In this document: in pieces, positions 58,144 through 64,000 of the stretch
Position numbering within the stretch: the first letter of the stretch is position 1
How the letters are laid out: the number at the start of each line of letters is the position of its first letter
Assembly (NCBI GenBank): GCA_963760795.1
Contig: CAVXEP010000012.1
Coordinates: 32,001-96,000 of the forward strand
DNA from: an uncultured delta proteobacterium
GTDB lineage: Bacteria; Desulfobacterota; Binatia; UBA9968
DNA length: 64,000 nt
Direction: 5' to 3'
Made by a program: the position numbers and the translations under genes
Notes under the pieces: generated by a model
The model's database searches: none
Told to the model about the DNA's origin: nothing
What the model saw: the letters and a program-made list of their open reading frames with translations, nothing else

Positions 58144-61100
58144 ATGAGAAGTAGAGTCATGTTGAAGACCAACAGTAATCGGCATAGCGTCCTCCTAGCT
58201 TCAACGAAAATAACCCCCATCCTCGCGACTCTCCTGATATCGATTGTGTTGGGACCCATCGCTTTTTTGCCAAATGCTCATGCGCAAATTACCTTCAACG
58301 ATCCTGGCTTTATGTCCGAAACCGTCGCAACGCTGCCGCCTTACACTCCGATAGGGCTTACCTTTGCTTCGGACGGTCGCATCTTCATCTGGCAGAAAAG
58401 CGGCGTGGTGCAAATCGTAAAAAACGGTGCCTTGCTGCCTACGCCGTTTCTCGACATCCAATCGCATGTCAATCAATGTGGTGATCGGGGTCTCTTGGGA
58501 CTCGCCCTCGACCCGGCCTTTGTAAACAATGGATACGTTTATCTTCTGTATACTTTAGAAACAGGCGGCGATCCTAACGACTGCGGTCCGAAAACTTCCC
58601 AGCTCACTAGGGTCAGCACCGATCCTGCGAACCTTGACGCGGCTCTTCCAGTCAGTGAGGTGGTTATACTGGGCGATCTGCCTTCCGAAGCGGAATATCA
58701 CTCTATTGGAACAATTCGTTTCGCGCCTGATGGCAAGTTATTCGTGGGTGTTGGCGATGCGGCATCTGCCGCTTTCGTGGATCCACAAGCCCTGCGGGCA
58801 CAGGATCTGAACAGCTTGGCTGGCAAGATTCTGCGCATCAATTCAGACGGCACCTCTCCGGCTAATAATCCCTTTTACAATGGCACAAACTCGAACCGCT
58901 CGAAGGTCTGGGCCTACGGGTTACGCAACCCGTATCGCTTTAGCTTACATCCCGTCAGCGGCGAACCTTATATCGCTGACGTTGGCTGGAATTCAAAAGA
59001 GGAGATTAATCGCGGACGCGGCAAAAACTTCGGCTGGCCTTGCTATGAGGGTGCCCTCCCTCAGCCACAGTACCAGGCGGCGTTCCAGCAATGCCGGGCG
59101 CTTCGGCAGAGCGCCGTTACCGGGCCACTTTACGAGTACGACTCTAGCATGGGTAAGACCGTGATCGCCGGGCCGGTTTACACATCGATTCTCTACCCGC
59201 CCCAATATCATGGAAACTTCTTCTTTGCCGACTACGTCTCGAAGTGGATCGACCGGATGGTTCTCGACGCTAACCAAAACGTCATCACTATCACTAGATT
59301 TGCGACTAGTGTTGACGGTCCCGTGAGCGTTGAGATGGGACCTGACGGAATGATCTATTATGTCGCTATTGAGAGCGGGATTGTTGGGCGTATTCGTTAC
59401 GTCGGCCCTCAGCAACCGCCTCTTGTCAATGCGAATGCTGCGACAACATCGGGCTACTCTCCACTGGTAGTAAACTTCTCCAGCGCCGGCTCCGCTGATC
59501 CGGAGAATGGCCCGCTGGTCTTCTTTTGGGACTTTGGTGATGGCACGACCTCTACAGCGCCTAATCCGCAGCATGCTTACGTGGGTGGAGGCGTAGTTAG
59601 TTTTACCGCTACACTTACGGTCACTGATATCTCTGGACTTAGCTCCACTGACAGCGTCAAGATTACGGTCGGAAGCCGTCCGCCGGCGGCAACGATATTG
59701 ACTCCTACCGCGGGGACGTTCGTGGTTCCGGGTCAGACGATAAATTTTGAGGGGGCCGCCACCGATCCCGACGACGGTATTTTGCTACCGGCGGCGCTCA
59801 GCTGGACGGTTTTGCTGCAACACAACGAGCATGTTCATCCGCAGATGAACGAAATAGGTGCCGGCGGCAGCTTTGTTGCGACGAACCACGGTGTTGGAAA
59901 CTTCGGGTTCAAGATCATTCTCACGGCAACAGATAGTAGCGGTCTAACGAGTTCTCAAGCCATCTTTTTGCCGATGCCACCCGTGGGCAAACCGGACGTG
60001 GTGGCCGCCTACAGTTTCAATGAGGGCGTTGGAAACACCATCAACGACGCGTCAGGCAATGGCAATCACGGCACCATCGTAAGCGCCGCTTGGGTCTCAG
60101 GGCGCTATAGCGATGCGCTGGATTCTGACGGTTCTGGGGATTTTATTGTCGTGCCTGACAACCCGACGTTGGATCTCGGTAATACGGGAACCATCGAGGC
60201 ATGGGTGCTGCCAGCGCGCCTCGACCAATGGCAGGGAATAATTGCAAAGGGTAATGCGTCCCTTAATTATGCTCTGGGAATCACTGAAACGAATCTAGCG
60301 GTGTGCAGATTGGGTAACATCCCAACGCAATTAGCGGTCCTCTCGACTACTCCCATTTTCAGCGGCGTGTTCCAGCATTTGGCTTGCTCCTGGGACGGCA
60401 CGACGTTGGCTCTTTATATCAACGCTATCCTAAACAACTCATTAGCCCAGACCATAGTGCCAGCAGCCAACGCAGCGCCGCTTTACATAGGACAATTTGC
60501 GGCGAACACGGATCGCTTCGATGGAGTTATCGACGAGGTGAGGATTTATAATCGCGCCTTGAGTCAAGCGGAAATCAATTTCGACATGAATACACCGATC
60601 ATCGACGTTGACAATCAGTCACCGACATCACCCACAAGATTGACGGCCAGGGCGGCAAGCAGCAGCCGGATTAATTTAAACTGGGCGGTGGCTTGGGACA
60701 ATGTGGCCGTGAGCCATTACCGAGTGGAACGCTGCCTGGGCCTGGGCTGTAGCAACTTCGGCCACATCGCCACTGCTACGGTAACCAGTTTCAACGATAC
60801 AGGCTTGGCAGCATCGACGCCTTTTAGATACCGGGTGCGAGCCAGCGACGCTTCGGGAAACCTGAGCGGGTATTCAAATGTAATCACGGGCAGAACGAGT
60901 GCACCGGATCGGCAACCGCCGAGCGCACCCCGTAGATTAACCGCCGCGGCGGTTAATACAGGCCAAATTGATTTGAGCTGGCTCCCATCCATCGACAACG
61001 TGGGGGTTACTGAATATCAGATAGAACGATGTCAGGGCCTAAGATGCAGCACGTTCGCCCAAATCGCGACCGTAGCCGTCGTCAATCTCAGTGACGTCGG

Positions 61101-61200
61101 CCTGCCGAGCTCAACCAGCTTCGCTTATCGCATACGCGCCGTAGATGCGTTGGGCAACCGCAGTCTTTACTCTAATCGAGTGACCGTATCGACTCCGTAG
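58144..61200 (+). CDS. Secreted PQQ-dependent sugar (glucose/sorbosone) dehydrogenase-like protein with PKD, LamG and two FN3 domains
   Basis: Signal peptide ending AHA-Q; DRGLLGLALDP, GKILRI, AYGLRNPYRF, DVGW, NFGWP; WDFGDG (PKD); FDGVIDEVRIYNRALS (LamG); two YRVRA/YRIRA FN3 repeats. Confidence 0.85.
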   Translation: MRSRVMLKTNSNRHSVLLASTKITPILATLLISIVLGPIAFLPNAHAQITFNDPGFMSETVATLPPYTPIGLTFASDGRIFIWQKSGVVQIVKNGALLPTPFLDIQSHVNQCGDRGLLGLALDPAFVNNGYVYLLYTLETGGDPNDCGPKTSQLTRVSTDPANLDAALPVSEVVILGDLPSEAEYHSIGTIRFAPDGKLFVGVGDAASAAFVDPQALRAQDLNSLAGKILRINSDGTSPANNPFYNGTNSNRSKVWAYGLRNPYRFSLHPVSGEPYIADVGWNSKEEINRGRGKNFGWPCYEGALPQPQYQAAFQQCRALRQSAVTGPLYEYDSSMGKTVIAGPVYTSILYPPQYHGNFFFADYVSKWIDRMVLDANQNVITITRFATSVDGPVSVEMGPDGMIYYVAIESGIVGRIRYVGPQQPPLVNANAATTSGYSPLVVNFSSAGSADPENGPLVFFWDFGDGTTSTAPNPQHAYVGGGVVSFTATLTVTDISGLSSTDSVKITVGSRPPAATILTPTAGTFVVPGQTINFEGAATDPDDGILLPAALSWTVLLQHNEHVHPQMNEIGAGGSFVATNHGVGNFGFKIILTATDSSGLTSSQAIFLPMPPVGKPDVVAAYSFNEGVGNTINDASGNGNHGTIVSAAWVSGRYSDALDSDGSGDFIVVPDNPTLDLGNTGTIEAWVLPARLDQWQGIIAKGNASLNYALGITETNLAVCRLGNIPTQLAVLSTTPIFSGVFQHLACSWDGTTLALYINAILNNSLAQTIVPAANAAPLYIGQFAANTDRFDGVIDEVRIYNRALSQAEINFDMNTPIIDVDNQSPTSPTRLTARAASSSRINLNWAVAWDNVAVSHYRVERCLGLGCSNFGHIATATVTSFNDTGLAASTPFRYRVRASDASGNLSGYSNVITGRTSAPDRQPPSAPRRLTAAAVNTGQIDLSWLPSIDNVGVTEYQIERCQGLRCSTFAQIATVAVVNLSDVGLPSSTSFAYRIRAVDALGNRSLYSNRVTVSTP

Positions 61201-61515
61201 TTCCTATTGCTGATGGTATTAAAGAGATCTACCATCAAAACTTGCAGGTAGCCGGGTCGGTCCGTTCATTCAGGCTTGCACTCCGGACTTTGTCCAGTCA
61301 GTGGACCAGCGTCCTCGATCTCGCGCACAATCTTTGACCCCAACCTTCTATCTGAGACACTCATGGGCAAGCACCTGGAGCATGCCCGATTCCACGACGC
61401 TCGACGACTTGGCAATCCTACGATTAGAAGAAGAAAATTAAATTGATTTACGCGACGCTTGCGTTGAACCCTGTTAGTTCCTGAAGTAAAACCGCTGCAC
61501 GGAGGATCATGATTT

Positions 61516-62307
61516 ATGCCATTCCAATATCTCCCCGTCATGGCGCAAAACTCCGCGCCGAAACTGCCGCGCGTGCTGGTGTCACCGACAAAACCAGCCT
61601 GGTGTCCGATTGCGAAACCGTTGAGTGAATCGCGCGTCGCGCTACTGAGCAGCGCGGCGTTGCGCCTGGCCGATCAGGAGCCGTTCATTCCACGTGAAGA
61701 TTTCAATTATCGGCGCGTGCCGTCCGACCCGAGCGCGGGAGAGATCGTCATCGATCATCATTCCGGCATCGGCCGGGTGCCCAAGCAGGACCCGGAGATT
61801 GTTTTTCCGCGCACGGCGTTGGCGAATCTGCACAAGCGCGGGGTCGTCGGTAGCTTGGCACCGTTTCACTATTCCTTCATGGGCGGTTTGCGCGGTCATG
61901 GCAAGATTGAAAACGAGCTGGCGCCAGCCATCGCCAACGACTTGAAGCAAGCGCAGGTCGATCTCGCTCTGCTCGTGCCCTATTGACCCTTCTGTCATGA
62001 GACCGTCGGTCTCATCGCCCATGTCATCGAAGGCCACGGGATTCCGACCCTGATGATCGGCACGGCCCACGACATCATGAGCAAAGTCACGCCGCCGCGC
62101 GCGCTGTTTGTCGATCATCCGGTGGGCCGCACCTTCGGCCCACCCCATGACAGCGCCCGCAACCAAGCGGTGCTCGCCCGCGCGCTCGAAGAGCTGCCCA
62201 AGTTCACGCGCGCTGGCGAAATCCGCGACCCCGGCTTCCAATGGTTGTCGGATGGCAGCCGCATTTGGGAAGATGAGCTACGCGCTGAGATGCGCCACGA
62301 CCACTGA
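61516..62307 (+). CDS. Selenoprotein, PrdB/GrdB (proline/glycine reductase selenoprotein B)-like, 263 aa with Sec at TGA 61984-61986
   Basis: ORFs 61516-61986 and 62053-62307 share a frame; read-through gives LALLVPY-U-PFCHETVGLIAHVIEGHGIPT...PPRALFVDHPVG; N-terminal KPLSESRVALLSSAA...DPEIVFP...YSFMG; GGAGG RBS. Confidence 0.88.
61997..62015 (+). promoter_or_regulatory. Putative bacterial SECIS hairpin
   Basis: ATGAGACC-GTC-GGTCTCAT perfect 8-bp stem; apical G(U) 19 nt after the UGA. Confidence 0.7.
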
Positions 62308-62459
62308 ATGCAAACCACTCGGAAGTCTTCCCCTTCAAGCGCGGCTTAGCAAAGACTCCAAGTCTGGGTGCTTACCCGCCTGTTGACTGCTCAACCGAAT
62401 CGGCTTAACTGGAGCGACAATGAGCTTCGCCGGAGACCCTAACAAGAAACATAATCACT

Positions 62460-63140
62460 TTGGTAGATCAGTCACTTAATGTCGTGACCTGGGACAATTT
62501 GCGCGCATATTTAACAAACTCTTCCCCGACCCACTCTGGTCATTCTGCACGGCGGCGCAGTGCGAGTTTATTGCTGTCCTTTGGCATCTCCCTGCCGCTG
62601 GGGTTCGATTCTCAATTGAGCCCTGAAAATGGTTGGGATAGGAAAGGCGCCGCGATCCCAAGATTAACCGCCTCAGGCAAACCCGCTAAGGTTGATCCCC
62701 GACAAGAAATAGCAAATAATATCCTCTTGGCGCATGTACCTCAAGATCGCGTTGGCATTGGAATCCCATTTGCCGGCAGAGACTTCGAGCCGCAAGACCC
62801 AAAACCTGCCGCTGACGAGCCAGCCCTCATTGCTCCGGAAATTTATCAGAAGGCGAAGGCCCTGGGCTCGGTCCGCGTGATTGTCGAATTACGCTTAGCG
62901 CCGCATAGAGAAGATTCCGAATCGTCTCGGGAAGATGCTATTCGCACGGCACAAAAAGCGCTCCTTGATGAGCTAGCCCAGGTAAACCTTCGAGTTATCC
63001 GAAACTATTCTTCGATTCCAGCCATTGTGCTGGCAGCATCCGTCGATGCACTCAAGATAATTGCCGCGTCCCGTCACGTGACAGGCGTAACTGAGGACGG
63101 TCTATCGATCCCGTTAAAACCATTAGGAGCCTGCAAATAA
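62460..63140 (+). CDS. Protein with stand-alone subtilase prodomain (inhibitor I9-like); start uncertain
   Basis: C-terminal QKAKALGSVRVIVEL...RVIRNYSSIPAIVL...VTGVTEDGLSIPL resembles the prodomain of the next gene; no catalytic domain. Confidence 0.6.
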   Translation: MVDQSLNVVTWDNLRAYLTNSSPTHSGHSARRRSASLLLSFGISLPLGFDSQLSPENGWDRKGAAIPRLTASGKPAKVDPRQEIANNILLAHVPQDRVGIGIPFAGRDFEPQDPKPAADEPALIAPEIYQKAKALGSVRVIVELRLAPHREDSESSREDAIRTAQKALLDELAQVNLRVIRNYSSIPAIVLAASVDALKIIAASRHVTGVTEDGLSIPLKPLGACK

Positions 63141-63171
63141 ACGCATGCCTGTCTGCTTGAGGGAGCACACC

Positions 63172-64000
63172 ATGATTATCCGATCACTTTTGCCTAGGCT
63201 TCTTGCGGCCGTTTTATTCATCCAGTTTTTGCTCCTCCCCGCTGGAATGGTCAGCGGGGCGGCCTCCTTTACGGCCCCACAGGGCTTAATTCAAAAGGCA
63301 CAGCACCAGGGAACCGTCCGAGTCATCGTCCGGCTTTACACGCCGCCAACTACCGAATCCGACATTGAGAGCGACCTAGAGCGCGCTAGCCGCCGCAGAA
63401 ATATTGACTTCGCTCGCGCCTCTACGCGAGCTAGCTTGTCGCACTTGCCGCACCGGGTCATTCATGAGTTTCAAGATTTTCCATTTATGGCGCTCAGTCT
63501 CACCCCAGAGGGACTTCAAGCCTTAGAATCCCTCCGCGGCGTCGTCACCGAAGTCTTAGAGGATCAACTCAACACACCATTACTCGGCGAAAGCGTCCCG
63601 CTGGTGCAAGCGGACCAGGCGTGGGCGGGCGGATTCGCTGGACTCAACTTGGACGGCACCGGCACCGTCATCGCGATACTCGATACGGGTGTGGACAAGA
63701 GTCACGCATTCCTCAGTGGCAAAGTCATCGCCGAAGCGTGTTTTTCATCTAATGATTCGAATCAATCGGCCACGAGTGTGTGCCCCGGCGGCGCTGAGAT
63801 GTCCACAGCGACCGGATCGGGTGTACCTTGTAACGCCAACGGCTGTGACCATGGCACTCACGTGGCCGGCATCGCAGCAGGCGGATCCACCACACCAGGA
63901 TCGGGAGTCGCGCCGGGCGCAGGGATCATGGCGATCCAGGTTTTTAGCCAATTTTCGGACGCGTTTCTCTGCCTGTTGAGCGGCGATCCTCCGCCGTGCG
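63172..64000 (+). CDS. Secreted S8 (subtilisin-like) serine protease, runs off window
   Basis: Manual translation from ATG 63172 after GAGGGAG: signal peptide, prodomain, IAILDTGVD (Asp), HGTHVAGIAAG (His), GVAPGA. Confidence 0.92.
   Translation, partial: MIIRSLLPRLLAAVLFIQFLLLPAGMVSGAASFTAPQGLIQKAQHQGTVRVIVRLYTPPTTESDIESDLERASRRRNIDFARASTRASLSHLPHRVIHEFQDFPFMALSLTPEGLQALESLRGVVTEVLEDQLNTPLLGESVPLVQADQAWAGGFAGLNLDGTGTVIAILDTGVDKSHAFLSGKVIAEACFSSNDSNQSATSVCPGGAEMSTATGSGVPCNANGCDHGTHVAGIAAGGSTTPGSGVAPGAGIMAIQVFSQFSDAFLCLLSGDPPPC

Overview
Housekeeping-rich bacterial chromosome segment of moderately high GC. Gene order and protein sequences look deltaproteobacterial/Candidatus Binatia-like (inference). 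Most of it is a minus-strand translation/transcription superoperon: tRNA-Thr/Tyr/Gly/Thr-tuf-rpmG-tRNA-Trp-secE-nusG-rplKAJL-rpoBC-rpsLG-fusA-S10-spc-alpha. It also holds lptFG, rplM-rpsI, tig-clpP-clpX-lon, yggS-yggT-yhaM-aldehyde dehydrogenase-rph-rdgB and 12 tRNA genes in total. The left end carries cysD-cysNC, a cupin/beta-hydroxyacid dehydrogenase/KptA operon and argS, with many single-base frameshifts that are probably assembly errors. The right end is accessory: a secreted PQQ-type dehydrogenase with PKD, LamG and FN3 domains, a stand-alone subtilase prodomain-like protein, and an S8 protease. The best finding also lies there: an orphan PrdB/GrdB-like selenoprotein (61516-62307) that the ORF track splits in two. 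It has an in-frame TGA forming a U-x-x-C motif, followed by a SECIS-like hairpin. Also notable are the absence of rpmD (L30) from the spc operon, an intrinsic terminator between rpsG and fusA, and degenerate heptamer repeat arrays at gene junctions.
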